NCBI GenBank assembly: GCA_028534125.1
Contig: CM052816.1
Coordinates: 40,240,001 to 40,304,000, forward strand
DNA length: 64,000 bases
Origin: Lama glama
Taxonomy: Eukaryota
Reading direction: 5' to 3'
Shown here: positions 13,791 through 28,950 of the stretch, piece by piece
How positions within the stretch are numbered: the first letter of the stretch is position 1
Layout: each line of letters begins with the position of its first letter
Notes under the pieces: model-generated
What the model was told of the DNA's origin: nothing
Database searches by the model: none
Seen by the model: only the letters and a program-made list of their open reading frames with translations
Made by a program: the position numbers and the translations under genes

Positions 13791-13889
13791 AATATATGTT
13801 CATGTATAACTGAAAAATTGTGCTCTACACTGGAATTTGATGCAACATTGTAAAATGACTATAAATCAATAAAAAATGTTTAAAAAAAA
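13791..13889 (+). mobile_element. Young camelid-type L1, 3' end only (~100 bp)
   Basis: aatatatgttcatgtataactgaaaaattgtgctctacactggaatttgatgcaacattgtaaaatgactataaatcaataaaaaatgttt plus A tail; no clear TSD. Confidence 0.9.
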
Positions 13890-14374
13890 CCTAGTATATA
13901 TGTAAAGACGACCTTTAAAACTTTACTGGATTCATCTCTAATAAATTAGAGAAATTCATCTGCCTGGCATTCAAGGCTGTTGCCCTAATTTATATAGGTC
14001 TTCCCAGATCCTACCCTAGGCTCCAGTTAAATCTATCTCTGCCACTGCTTCACACATCCATCTTAACTATTAAGTTATCCTTGTGTTTTGCCTTCCATTC
14101 TAAGTGCTCCAATCTCTGCTTTCAAATTCCTAGTCATTTTTCAAGCTTCATTTCAAAATGCACTTCTATTTCATAAAGGTATTCTTATTTTTTCATTCCT
14201 TTTATTTCAAAGCCAAAATGTATATTATCTCCCCTTTTAACTTCCATTCCATTAAGATAAGAACAGGAATGGCACAGTAGATGGAAAAGAGTCTTAGGAA
14301 AAGATTTGAAGTTAAGTAATTTTTCTAAAAGACTTATTAACATTCAAGTCTTCCTGCCATTTTTTTTCCAAGTC

Positions 14375-14500
14375 ACTTAATCATTCAGCAATTTGCTGAA
14401 TGTTTATTTTGAGCCAAACCCTGTTCTGTAATCTGGAAATGAAAAGATGGATTAAAACATAGTACCTATCCTCAGAAATTTCACATCTAGTGAGCAACAG
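14375..14500 (-). mobile_element. L2 3' end
   Basis: tcattcagcaatttgctgaatgttta...catagtacctatcctcagaaatttcacatctagtg. Confidence 0.65.
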
Positions 14501-15199
14501 GGACTTGAACATCGCAGACAACAAAAGCAGAAAAAATGGCCGAAGAGAAGCAGGGCAGTAGCTCATCACATGAAACTTTCATAAGTATCCAAATGTCTAA
14601 TTTATTCGAGATTCACACTGTGGAGATCGGTGAGGATTATTTTGCAATGTCATCCTTTACTGAAGATAGACTGTAGACAGCCAGAAGTAAAACACAAACA
14701 AATAAATACAACAAACAAAAAACATAAAAACCTGATTTGTTGCCCTGGGCGTGTTTGAATTTGCTCTTCAGTTTCATTTGTTTCAGTTTTTTACATTTCA
14801 CAGTTCACTTAGCTCCTATGAGTCAGATGAAACATTTTAAAAAGTCTATTCTTATCTACTTCTTTGCATATGTTTATTTTATAAGCTTGGAATTTTCAGA
14901 TTAAATTTCTGACCACAATGTTGAAGTCTCATGATAGAAGCATAAATATTTTTAACAATTTTTTCTATAATCCAATCTCTAAAAATATTTTTTTATGCTT
15001 CACACACAAAATTCAAGTGTACAAAAATGTAGACAGATGTATACTTAGAAAAGAACAAAAATTTAATAGAGACTCAAAAATTATAAAAAAGCGAGATATA
15101 AGACAATATTTTCTCATTTTCCAGAAAAAGCAAAAATATGTAAAAGATTAAAGTGAAAGTATTATGGGACTGCAGGAAACTCAACATTGGGGAATTAGA

Positions 15200-15375
15200 A
15201 TAATGGCTTTATTTTCTGAATGAATATTGATTAGCTGTGTGAACTTGAATGAAACACGTAACCTCTCTGTACCATCCATTGCTCATCTGTAATACTGAGC
15301 TGAATATTTTTTTCCTATCTGAAGTTTAATGGAGTATTATGTCACGTGAAAGGAAAGTGTTTTGATAAATTTAAA
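15200..15375 (+). mobile_element. MIR SINE fragment
   Basis: ttagctgtgtgaacttgaatgaaacacgtaacctctctgtaccatccattgctcatctgtaa. Confidence 0.65.
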
Positions 15376-16424
15376 TATTAACACATTTTTCAAGTATCAA
15401 AAACTGGGTATAAAAGATAAACTATAATGTTTAAATTAAAATGTGCATATGTATAAAAAGTCACTTTTTTCCTCTTTGGTAACTTATTCCAGAAATTGTA
15501 GAATATTAAGAATTAAAATATAAAATCAACCTCCTTATGGTAAGAGTACAGATGGAGTTTGTCAGGCTCCACACAAGTAAGCTGCCACTGTAGCTAACAC
15601 AGAGGAAGTTCTGATGTACCTGATTTTCAGAGATCCTGTATTATGGTCCTCCCAAACCCTTGGAGATTACAATAGAATAAAGACTCTTTCCTAAAGAGAA
15701 AGGCATTTAATTAATTAACTAATTAATGTTTTTCATTGTTTATCATTGTCCTGCATTCGAGTGATCTGGAAAGAGGAGGTTTTGAAACAGTGCCAGTGCT
15801 TTCAAAGCCAGTTCTGTTCAAGACGACCTGTGTTGATAACGTAGCAGGCATTGCCCTTTAGGAACCTGAGATGTAGGCCCACTAAAAAGCACAGTTTAAC
15901 CTGCTCAGTATCCCAAGTCAGGAAAAGGATTTGCTTTAATTCTAGGGCTTTCTTCAGAGCTCCTGGGTCAGAAAATGTTGCTGCAGTAGCATTGGTTTCT
16001 GTATGGATCAGAAACAGTTTTAGCGGAAATGTTAGCAGAAAACAAGACTCAGTGTGAAGGCAGATAAATAAATAGATGGATAGATAGGTAGATGACAGGT
16101 AGATATGATAAATGGATGATGGATGAATATATGTTGCTACCTTCTATATCCTCAATTAAAAATATAATAAACGTATTGATAGTAGTTTTACAATATGATT
16201 TAGTTACTGAATGGTAATATATAACAGTGGTGGTAAATTGTATGATTGAAATCTTATGATAACTATAAATGTCACCTAAGAGGACTGTACTGTAAAGCAT
16301 TTGAATCAGTATAATCTAGCTAGTCAAAGACATCTCAAAGAACTTATCAACACAGACTAAATATTTAAAAACCATTACAAGGGCAAATTTTATCCAACCA
16401 TCTTATTGCTTAAATTTTGGAATG

Positions 16425-16650
16425 CATAGAAAAATCAAATACATAGAGACAGAGAGTAGAATGATGGTACCCAGGGGCTGGGGGTGGCGGCGGAATGAGG
16501 AGTTGCTATTCAACAGTATAAGGTTTCAGTTACGCAAGATGAATAATTTCTAGATATCTGTTGTACAGCCTTGAGACTATGGTTAACAATACTGTATTGT
16601 ACACACAAAAATTTGTTATAAAGGTAGATCTCATTTTAAATGGTCTTAAC
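16425..16650 (+). mobile_element. L1MA/L1MB 3' end followed by (CA)n tract (16649-16689)
   Basis: catagagacagagagtagaatgatggtacccaggggctggg...gtttcagttacgcaagatgaataatttctaga...ggtagatctcattttaaatggtctta. Confidence 0.85.
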
Positions 16651-16656
16651 ACACAA

Positions 16657-16689
<33 letters not shown>

Positions 16690-17440
16690 GATAACTAACC
16701 TAAATAAACATGTATGCCTCTCTTACATCTTCATTAATATATATTTTGATCAACAAACATAGATTATCCAGTGATTTCATTTTTACTATATAAATTGTAT
16801 AATATGTATATTGAAATACAAAGGATTGCCTAACATAATTAGAAAAGTAAACTTTAACATATAAAAACAAAGTTAGCTATATAGTGTATAGATTTCTGAC
16901 AACCTCGAATTTCTAAAATACACCTGCACACCTAAGAGGTAAGTGAGCAAGATTCTGATGGGCAAATGGGTTGAGGAACATGAGAACATTAGTAGTAGAA
17001 TAAGACTGCTCCCTGTCTTCTAGACTAGTATCTAATGAATAAGACTGTGTTTTTAACATAAAAAACCTGGTATGTGTGGTTTAAGGTAACCATAAGTCTT
17101 CCTCAGGTACAATAGCAGCATATTGGAAACTGAAGGTAGAATGACAAAACTTGGAAGAGAAGAGGCCATTTAGAGAGCTGACAGAAGCCTGTGATGGATA
17201 GTAATACCTGATATCAAGATATAATTATTCATTAAATACAGTAATATAGGGAAATTGTGTAAAAATATAAACCAAGCCACACATACTTCAATATGTCCTT
17301 GTGTCTTTAAAAGGAAAACCCTCCAATGTGACAGTTCATGTCTTCTAAAAAAGACAGAATGTGAATTAACTTCAACTTTGTGTCAAACAGACATCCTTAA
17401 AAGAAAATCCATGTATTCTTTACACCTACTAGAAGTACAT

Positions 17441-17972
17441 TGTAGCTGAGAGAAGGATATCCCCACCCTCAAAGATGACCACATTCTAATCTCTAGACCC
17501 TGTGAATACATTATCTTATATGGCGAAGGGGCTTTGCAGGTGAAATTAAATTGATGATTTTTCAGGGTGAAAAATTATCCTGGATTATCTGTATGGACCC
17601 ATTGTAATCCCAAAGGCTCTTATAAGAGGAAGGCAGGAGAGTCAGAGTTAAATGAGATGTGCTGATACCTCAAGGGAGAGAGAGAGATGGAAAGTTTTGA
17701 AGATGCTTCACTGCTGGCTTTGAAGATGGAGAAAGGGGTCAAGGAATGCAGGCAGCCTCTTGAAGCTGGAAAAGACAAGAAAAGGGATTCACCTCTAGAG
17801 CCTCCATAAGGAATGAAACTTTGCTGACACATTATTTTAGCCCCATAAAATCCATTTTGGAAAATCTATTTTGGATTTCTGACTTCTGGAACTATATAAG
17901 ATGACAAATTTGTGCTATTTCAAATCATTGACTATGTGGTAACTTGTTATAGTAGCAATAGGCATCTCATAC
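17441..17972 (+). mobile_element. MLT1D-like MaLR solo LTR
   Basis: tgt...aca termini; aaagatgaccacattctaatc, gctggctttgaagatggag, gaagctggaaaagacaag, ctctagagcctcca, tgtggtaacttgttatagtagcaatagg. Confidence 0.9.
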
Positions 17973-19155
17973 AGACAACCTCATAAGTCAAGTCTTTACA
18001 ATCAAAGTTAAGGATTTTAAAGTGCTTTGATGTGTAGAAAATAAGGAAATATCCAGAGCGTACCCAGTATTGAAGTGATCGGCTTGTACATGATTTAGTT
18101 GGAGGCTAGAGTTACTTTCCGTGTCCACCAGTATAATTGGCAGACCCCAGACAGGAACTTCAACTCTAGGTAGAAACCTTGAGTCAGTCTCATTTTCATA
18201 ACAACAAAACAAATCCAACACAGAGAAAAGAAACATGTGAGGATAATTAAATTTCCATTTCTTTCCTACCAAGAATTAATTATTAAATTATTTTTAAAAA
18301 TCCACAGTTATGCTCTAAAGAGTTTTGTCATGTGGTCTTGGTCAAAAAAGAACTTCTCAAGATGACATTCTGCTGTTTCTTATATTCTTCCCATCTGTGT
18401 CTTACACAGCAAATGTGCTCACTGTATAAGTCAAAACAAGATTTTTTTTTCTCTGACAGTGTTGATGTTTAATTTTTACTTTAAAAATCAATCTGGTCTT
18501 TCTATTTGGTATCTAGCATAACTGATAATAATCACTGAAAACTTTTAGCAGTCAGATGTGCCCTGATAGGTTGGCTGACATATGGACCTAAAAAAATTTT
18601 GCTTGCCTCTTCTATAAATTGTGACAACAGTAGCAATCAGATGTTTGAGGCTCATAAGTAGCCAAAATACGTTCTAGGAAATGTTTAAGGAACAGAAAAT
18701 AGAATAAATAAACACAGAAGTTACAATGAAATATTATTAATTTTTGCCGTCTAGAAGGAGGTTACCTAAAATTGTTAGAAAAAATGAAATCTATGGTAAT
18801 TTAAAATAAGTACAAATTTGCTCATCTGGAGCATAATCATAATTTAAACAAAGCTAATAAAGTATTTGCTTTGTAGGGATCTATAAGCCATGTACTTTAA
18901 TAAATGTATAATTATAAAAGATCATATCATGGCTTTTAATAAATTTATTACCATTATCTTCATGTAATTAGATGTTTCTAGAAAATTTCAAATAGTTCAC
19001 TGATAATGTCCTTTAAGAATTCATTCTCTAGTCATATTCATTAACTTTTGCCACCTGCAAAAATGAGGTTAAATCAACCCAGAAAATGTCAGGCCAGTCC
19101 ACTGAAAATTCTGCTAGTGATGATTTAAGCAGATGGTTTCATTACACCATTACAA

Positions 19156-19165
19156 AATAATAATA

Positions 19166-19220
<55 letters not shown>
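19156..19220. repeat. (AAT)n microsatellite, ~21 units with one interruption
   Basis: Read directly. Confidence 0.95.
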
Positions 19221-19223
<3 letters not shown>

Positions 19224-20844
19224 TTGTAAATACTCTTTCCTGTGGCTTCAAACAACTTCACAAATGTTGCCTAGTATTTTAAAAAGTAAACACTATTGGA
19301 CATGAAAGAAGAGATGAGTAAGAGCTCACTAGAGATTATGAGTGTGCTCACAGCTTTAAGAAACATGACAATCAGTCTTGTAGATTCACAGTCTGACATC
19401 TTCCTGCTTCAACTTTTACCTCTAAAATGTATTTGGCAGTCAGCAGTGTCTCTAGTAAACAAACAGACAAACAAATAAATAGAAAAGGCTCTCTTCAGCC
19501 CCTCTGAAAAGTAAGAAGCCTGATTGTTACCCTTAGCTGCACCCAGCTGCTTTTCTGTGTGCTAGCTAAGAGCAGTGTTCACATAATCAAGAATACAGCA
19601 CTAGAGAAATGATGCTCATGGTGAGTAGAAAAATGATCACTAAAGCTGAGACACTATTGAGAAACTGTTCATTGTGGGACTAGTGGCCCTTTCTCTGTGT
19701 CTCTTTTATACCTGCTGCCTGCATACCCAATCCTATCCAGTGACTGCAGGCATCTGGGTCAGCTTTATGTAGCTTCTGATAGATACAGAACAAGCTGGTT
19801 TTATCATAACCGACAGAAGCTGTAAAAATACAGGTGCAGACTCTTAAATTTTCACCCATTTTTTTCTGCTCTGCAATCTTATGACTTCTGCCTTTTAGAC
19901 TCTCTGTGTTCGGGGTGTTTTCACCTCTTTCAGCATCCTACACTGCCTGGATAGAAGAAAATATTTCTGTTCTTTATTTTACATTATCCCTGAACTTCAC
20001 ACCCTCAACAGTCGCTCCACAATACCTCAATTACAACTCTTTTTGCACTGTATTGTATTATAGTATATGTCTCTATTGACTCTGAACTTTGTGGGGAAAA
20101 GTATATACCACTTGATTCATTATTTAAGCCCAATGCTGAAAGTGAGCTAGTGTTCATGAAAAGCTGCTTGAAGCAGACCGAATTGAATATCACCCATTAA
20201 CATCTGTTTCTTTATGGTCTTAGTACAACGACATTATAATGCCAGGATACTGATATTATTTCAAAATTACACTTCTTCTTCCTGGAACAGGAAGGTGGCC
20301 ATTATTAGATTCTGAGATCAAGACTGAAAATTTCAAAGACACATCTGGGACTGAAGTTGCCATCATGAAAACAGAGGCCTTTAGCAGCATCTGTCCACTT
20401 CAGAACTTTAGAATATTCTGAGACCTGACTGTTCAGTCAAGGTTTTAGTGGTAACAATGGGGAAAAAAGACTGAGTCTAACAACAAAGGAGTTTATTACA
20501 GTTACTTATTGGAAGGAATTTGGAGAGCTTTGGAGGCTCAGGAAGAGTATTAGGAAACTGATGAGACTTAGGCAGAGGCTGAAGGAGATGAGAACCAAAG
20601 TTCATAGTGAGGACTTGCTCAGGATGCTACCACTGGTGCCATCAGCACTGGATACCTGAAACCACATCTGGACACTCTCACCTCCATCATCACCTCCACA
20701 AAGCAGTCAGAAACTCACTTATTCCTTTGAATCTAATGGGCTGGATCTAAGTAATGTAAAAATATTCCTTCCAAGTAGGTGGGAGAGAAACAGGTGTCTC
20801 CTTTGCTTCAAAAGGAAATCAAAGTGAGAAAGGATTTAAGATGT

Positions 20845-21592
<748 letters not shown>

Positions 21593-24500
21593 TATGAAAC
21601 CACAAAAATGCTAAGGGTTTTACTGTAATGAGACTCCCTGAAATCCTGACCCATTTGAGATCTGACTCTGTTACTAAAGTAATGTCTCTACTCTTGGGGC
21701 TTTATTATTTTAGGCTTTTGCACATCCAAATTACAAAATACATAGAGTAGGAACAGTAATTGGATAATTGATGGGTTCAATTTCAGATCTTTTTTTAATC
21801 TACTTTCCCACGTTAAAGCAGAAGATACCTTCTCATATTCAAGAGTTTCACTGAGACATTTTTTATCTTAGGGATGCCAAACTCTGAATCTAACAGCTCT
21901 GTGAGCAGTTTCCACTCCACGCACATATGCTAATTAAAAGAAATGTTTAAAAGTTACAAAGCTAATTCATAAAAACCTGCTTAGCTCATTATGGAAAATA
22001 ACGCTGTTTGAGTAAGAATTAAGCTACTTAACAACAACAAGTAATCTTTAACGACATCTCAAGGATGTTTGCTGGTAAAAGCTTGTTCAATTAGAGAAAG
22101 TTGAGTACATATGAATGACTTTTGTAGAGGAGAGAAAAGATTTTCCATGTTCAGCAAAAGGAGGCTGAGGACAAGAAGTAACAATAGGACAAAGGAGACT
22201 AAGCTGTATATATGTGTGAGATTATTTGAAATGTAATTCATTCAACCCAAGAAATAAAATATGGTAAGGGAAAGTAGAGGAAAATGTGACACATCAGTAT
22301 ACAGTAAGCAGGAAAATATGCTATTTTAGTTAATAAGTGTCACAATAGAGCCAGAGCTATTATTTGGAAAAAGCTATGTATGCTAGGTTAAGGACTAATT
22401 ATTCCTATGCAAGTATAGGATAATTACAGTCTGGAGGACTTTTCCAAGCTAGATATATATAAATCAGGCATTTGTATTTTCTTATATGTATAATGACATT
22501 AGCATTGTTTTCTGAACACAATTACTGCTCATTAAGAGTTTCTTGTAAGAAAAGTAAGTGAAGAAAATATTAGCTGACCAATCCATTAAGACCTCCATGT
22601 TCTAAGCACTCCCCAAATGCTATCAATGTCCTCATGTAACAAATTAAAACGGGTTGCTTATTTTTTTCTGTTTCTCTCACTTCATATCAGAGGAAAATAA
22701 AGCATATTTCACTGTGGGTATTAATATTCTGGAAAAAATAATTGTGCAAAATAACCACCTAAAGTTTCACATTTAAAATTTTACCCTTCTGGATATGAAT
22801 CTAGGATTCTCCTGATTCTGATTCAAGCTAGGAAAAGATTTTTGCTTTACCTTGAAAAGTCCAGATAACTAAATTTTAAAAAAAATTATCATAAAGATTA
22901 CCTTTAAGGCAACTTGATGACTGTTTTTTAAATGCCCTGCTCTTGGGAAAACTCAGCTCATGCCACAATGCAGATGCTAGACTTCAGCCCTTTCTCAGTC
23001 TCCTCACATGCATATCTTTGCATAGCATACAACCTGCAAAACCACACATGGCCGTTTTCTACAGACTCCAGAGACTATTACCAGGGAAACATTATTTTCC
23101 CAACTCAAATCATATTTATCCTAATCTATTCACTTATACATATGTGGAGATCATCACACCATTCACAGAATCAGAACACATTAATGTGTATTAAAAAGCT
23201 CAACACTCTGAATGTCTTGTTTTATTAAAAAAAAATAGCTCCCTGTCATTGTAAGTATTCCAGCAGGCATTATACATATATATCATTTATTTTTCAAAAA
23301 ATTCTCTGATGATGGTAACTTTCCTAGCTTGCTAAAAGGAATTATGTATATTCTTTTCTTCTTCAAGGTCATAATTGTTCTCCAGAGAGATATTTACAGG
23401 CATTTAGAGATCTCTAGTGATCTACATATATAATTGTGACCTATATTATGATTCAGTTTCTAAATTGATTTTTGAGGCATGAGTATATACTGCCATTTCA
23501 CCCTGTTACTGTGTCTGTGTATCTGTGCCAGAGAGATCGTCCCAGATTGTTGAATGCATGAAGAAGAAGAATTGGAGATTTTATATATGTATTTATTCCT
23601 AATTCATCACTCTGGATATCTGACTTTCTTATATATGCAACCCTTCCTTTATACTTACATGTAAACCTTGTCCATTACCTAAGTCAAACTAATTATTTGG
23701 CAGACTGTCTTATTATTTGTTGATGATCAACATACATTATTTCCACTGATTGAGGCAAAACATTAATTTCCTCTTCGCTTACCTCTCAATCTGTACAGAT
23801 TCAGGGCCAGGCCCCAAGAGTCTCTTAGTTACCACCTAGTCCCCTCCTCCATGTTCTCCTGTTGTTTTCTGTTCTGCCCTCCTCACTTTTATCCTTTAAC
23901 CCGTGCCCTGATGCTCTTCTTGGGGCAATGTGGGGTCTGGAAACCATAAAGACCCTCCTGTAGAAACCTTTCAAAATATTTTCTTGCTCATATGAACAGA
24001 TTCTAGTATGATTACTTTAAATGACAAGCAAACAGATTTTTCAATCAGGGATGAGGAGAGAAAGAAACAGAGTGGGTGAAGGGGACAGAAAACTTCGTGC
24101 TACTTATCAAATAAAATGAAAGAACTGAAGCTTAGAATTCTTACATGTAACATGTATAGACTAGTCAATTTTTATAAACCAAAGTTCTCCATGATCACTA
24201 ACATCATTGCAAGTTCTGTCATCTTAAATAAACTACATTACTTGAAAAGTAGAACTGTACTTGGAAAAGTTTCCTGTCAGACTTTAAATAGCACTCTTTC
24301 ACTGCCACATACGTTCATCCAGGTAAGTCATGGAAATCGTCTGCTTATTTCACAGAAGAAAAAACAACTGCACTATTATCATCAATGCTGAACTGTGAAC
24401 TTCCAGAAAGCAAGTTGGATTTTTTTCCCACCTAATACAGTGTCAAAATGCTGCCAGAAACGTCCTGATCTCAGGATTTTTGTTGCTGGTGATGATGTAT

Positions 24501-25489
24501 AAAGTGGAAAGAACATAGCTTGATTTTCTAATAAGTGGTTAAGCTTGTACTACTGACGACATTATTGAAAAAATAAAAAGAACTAGGTAACAGGGTGGTT
24601 ACGATAGGAAAGCCACGGATGGGGAAGAAAACTGGAACAGTTAGATGTGTCAGCTTTATAGAGTAAGGGTTTTGGAAATACCCTACATTAAATCAAAGAA
24701 AGCAGGTTACATAGAAATGTTTTTTGGTAAGTTACTATTACAGCACTTCTGAATAAAATATAGTATTTTTCTTAAAAATGCTTCCAATGGAAAGTATTTG
24801 ATATTTTTAAATAAGAAAAAAGTTATCAAAAAGTATAAATCTCCATAGTTAGTTTTCTTGCTGTAAAAGGCAATTAAGTTTCAATTATAATAATGCTTTA
24901 GCAATAAGCAGTGATTTATCACATGGGAATGAGAAATTGAGAATTGAGAAAATCTGCGCTTGTCTTAAAAATAAGTTGCTATTTAGGCTGATTTACACAT
25001 ACTTGAATTTACGTATAAGCAAATTATGTAATAAGCAAAATTTGGTAATGTCTTAATCCTTTTAATGCCTCATTATTAGTTCCTGGGGACCAAGCAGTAA
25101 TAGAAAAACCAGCCCTAGGACGAACATGTTAGGAAAACAGGTGAATCTATTCACTATATGCTTTTCACAGAATCATTTAAGAATAACTCATTATTATCAA
25201 TATTATATCATTACCTATTATATATTATAGATACTTATACATACACATATACTATATGATATGTATGTATCTTATATAATCTTATTTTAACACATTCCTA
25301 TTATTACTTCTTTTAATCCTGTTCTACATTAGAATACCTCATATTCACAGGTTGCATTTTTATCTCCTGTTACACATTAATTTTTTCCCTATAGTAAATG
25401 GCTGCACTATGATTACATATCATCAAATTGAAATCAAGATAGCAAAGTCAACAGTATTCTCTTTTAATTATCTTTCACTAGCTTATCCT

Positions 25490-25775
25490 GACGTCTCATG
25501 CTATATATCCATCTTGGGCTGCTCCTCTTTCCCTCCAGGACCCAGGCTGAGGGAGCAGCCCCCGGCTATGCATGCCAAGTTAAGGGCAGGACAAAGGAGC
25601 CATCAAATGACTCAGTTTTTCTGCCTGAAGATAGGAGCCCCACTTCCACTCACATTTCAACAGACAAAGCAGATCTTACAGCTATGCCTGATGTCTGTGG
25701 GATAAGCCCACTATGGGGGGGGGTGTTGGTGGGGAAAACCTTGACTATTTTGTCAATAATGTAGATTATCTCAAC
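25490..25775 (-). mobile_element. Old MLT1 (J/K-like) MaLR LTR fragment
   Basis: ccaggacccaggctgagggagcagccc...cacttccactcacatttcaacagacaaagcag. Confidence 0.65.
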
Positions 25776-26154
25776 ACTCATACCCAAGTCATCAGATAGT
25801 ATTGGCTTTGCCTACTAATCTCCTATTTACTTTAAAACTTTCTTTCCTTATCTTTACACTAGAACTGTTCCTGCTCAGATCATCTCAGTGTTGGCGTATC
25901 TAATGGACACTGTTCTGTTTTTATATTTTGATCTATCAGAATCACTCATGTTTCCACTGCCTCCTCACTCTCTTTTTCCTTTTGACATTGAAGACTCCAT
26001 GATTTCCCCCACCCAAAATGTGCTTCTTTACCTCTAATTTGACAGCATTTGAATTCATTCAGGTTTTTCTAGTCAATGATCAGGGCTTTATTCTTTAAAA
26101 CTGCCTTTTCTTTGTTATTCATACTAATCCACAATAAAATAATATTTTAAAAAA

Positions 26155-26274
26155 TTGGTGGGGGAGCAGTAATTAGGTTTACTGATTTACTTGTTTTAAT
26201 GGCAGTGCTGGGGGTTGAACCCATGACCTTGTGCATGCTAGGCTTGTGCTCTACCACTGAGCTTTACACTCACC
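26155..26274 (-). mobile_element. Camelid tRNA-derived SINE (Vic-1-like)
   Basis: gggggttgaacccatgaccttgtgcatgctaggcttgtgctctaccactgagct (antisense B and A boxes) plus the gtaattaggttt tail motif shared with the copy at 35809. Confidence 0.9.
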
Positions 26275-27649
26275 ACTACTTTTAAAACAACTTTATTGAG
26301 ATATAAGTGATACATCTTAGAGTATTGCTCACATAACTAAATCTTCCTAGAATTCTCTATAATCTGCCTTCTCATGCCAAATTTCTATATCCTTTTGGTT
26401 TTAGAGTAATAATCACTTCTTTGGAGCTCCTGCTCTCTGCACTGTTATTACCTCTCATAGTCCCCTGAATTTTCTTTTATAATTGTAGAGAGACTACTTC
26501 TGGCCCCAAGCTGCACATCTGCCCTCGGGGTACGAAATCCATGAAACCAATGAGCCATCACCTCTGCATCCCTCCTGGACCACACTTTGGATACTTGAGT
26601 CCAGATAGTGCCTGTCTCAGTAGCCCTGAGCTTACTCAGAGGACCTTCACTGGGGCCCGTGAGTGACGTTGGAGATGCAAAGTGAGAAAATAATAGTAGG
26701 AGGCCAGGAGCAACCATCTGTGCTCTTGCCCTGGGCCCTGAAAATACGAAGCCCAGTTCTGCCCATCGTGTGCCTTTTTAAATCAGAGATTTCATATCCA
26801 TAGCAAGTTATTTCTGTTGTGTTGCTCAGAGAAGAGAAAAAGAAACCATGGAAAGATGAGTGCAGTTTCAGCCCTTCAGCATTCCAGAGTCCAGAGTCAT
26901 CTCTCTGCATTCAATAATCATAAAAACAACATAAATATTAGCAGTGTGGCCACACTCTAAATTTTATTTACTAGTTTAGTTCTAGTTTCCAGTTAGGAAA
27001 AACTTTTATATAGATTTGTCCTTATAGAGGCAAGCCTTATGACTTTTCTTTGCATCTACTGAGATACTTCGTGGGAAACCCTACATATCTAGTGCTTTAA
27101 GTTTTTTTCCCATCTGATAGCACAGGATGTATGCTTTTAGTTGTTAACTTGTAGTGATGTTGGGCTATATATTTAAATGTTCTAGTCATAGCACATATGC
27201 TCTATATTGAAAATATGAGATCGTCCCATGCACAATAAACCTTATTGAACCTGCATACAGAGAGGTCTAATTGTTGGGTACTGATAAGACAGTTTGAGTG
27301 TATTCTCCATGCTATGGTTTGTGTTAATGCAATTATTTAGAATCATTTTTGTTTTTCCCCATGCCATACTCAGATTAGAAGGGAAAGGTAAAATCAGCAA
27401 TTCAGCATAAGCAATATTCATCTAATTCTAGTCTTTTTCCAGTATCTTGGATATTACAGCTACCCTTCAAAACCACCATTAGTTTTTATTACAAAAAGTT
27501 TTCAGTGAAACAGTATGATTTAATAAAAACTCACAAAATTATTAATGTAAAATTTAACAGAGCATTCATGGAATTGAAAACAATATTCTCTTAATTCGTA
27601 TCTCTACTTGTGGTTATATTCCCCCATTTCATCCTTAAGTATTTGTATC

Positions 27650-28250
27650 CTTTAGAATAAATTGATTAGAATTATCAAAATTTTCTCTAGTTTTATCTTT
27701 AAATAGCTGTATGTTAGAATAATTAGTAAATCATATTTTTTAAAACCAGTAAGTTATTTTATTTTTTCTAACTTTCTAACTCCACTTCTGTAAATTTATT
27801 ATAGAGTTATTTTTCATGTTTTCTTTTAAAAGCTTTTGGAATCAAATGTTTTTTTGCATTATGTCTCTTCTTTTTCCTCTAGTTATTTATTTTTTTTAAA
27901 GACTATAAACTATAGTATAGTTTTGGCCAGAGCCCATAAATTTTGAAATTTATAATTAATTAATTTTCAAAGAATCTGTAATTTTAATTGTCATTTCCTC
28001 TTTAACCCAAGGATTTTGAGTATTTAAACATTTTAGATGGTTAGATTATTTATGGTTAATTTTTATTCATAGTTTTATGACACTTTGGTCATGGTATACA
28101 GCCCATATAATGTTATCTTACTGGAATTTATTGAGGGTTCCCCTTTGACATGACATATAAATGATATATGTAAATATTCTCAGGGCAATAAAAAAGTATT
28201 TATATCCATCGGTTAAAATGATATTTAATTTATCTTCAGATATCTTATAT
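27650..28250 (-). mobile_element. Old L1M fragment
   Basis: T-rich; cactttggtca...ggaatttattgagggttccctttgacatgacatataaatgata resembles antisense L1M ORF2 5' part. Confidence 0.55.
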
Positions 28251-28259
28251 AATATATTA

Positions 28260-28950
28260 ATTAATTTATCTATTCAATGATTACAATTCAATATTTATTA
28301 TGCCATTCAGTATGTTGGAAATGTGACACAATACTGAAGGTGATTCAGGCACTGTTCACAATCTGTGATCTTGAAAAATTCACACTTCAGTGAAGCAAAT
28401 AAAAGTAATCAGACAAATAACTACAGTGCAATGACTGTTTGAGAGGTGATATGGAAGCATTTAATAGAAACATAACCCAGGATTGGGGGCTACTTTCTTT
28501 GTATCTGGAATAAGCAACGTGAGAACTAAGAGTCAGTGAGGCAAATACAGGGAGAGTGTTCGTGGACTAGAGTAGAGCAGATGTGATGCTCTGGAGGCTG
28601 GAAAGGGCATGATACATTTGAGTAACTTCCAAATAATTTAGAATAGGAAGTAGTGGTAGAAGTATGTGATAAAAAGTAATCCCAGATAAATAATTTTACA
28701 TTAAGTTTACTCAGTACCCATTAATGAGTTTAAAATAGGTTGGTGATATGATTAAATTATATAGGAAACTAACTGAAGTTGCAAGGCAGAAGACTAGAAA
28801 ATGAAACTCCATTAGAGGCTTAATAGTAACCCAGGAAAGATAGGAAGGTGGATTAAATAACGTTATTGGCAGTGACAGTAGAAGTAAAAGGACCAATTTA
28901 AGAGATATATAGGAGGAATAATAGTAGTAGTTGGTGAGCAGTTACATGTT
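28260..28950 (-). mobile_element. L2 LINE fragment
   Basis: ttcaatatttattatgcc...atgtgatgctctggaggctggaaaggg...aatttaagagatatataggagg. Confidence 0.7.

Noticed and set aside
26200..26274. tRNA-like A/B boxes here and at ~35885-35957
   Set aside because: Heads of tRNA-derived SINEs with tails and, for one, a TSD; not tRNA genes
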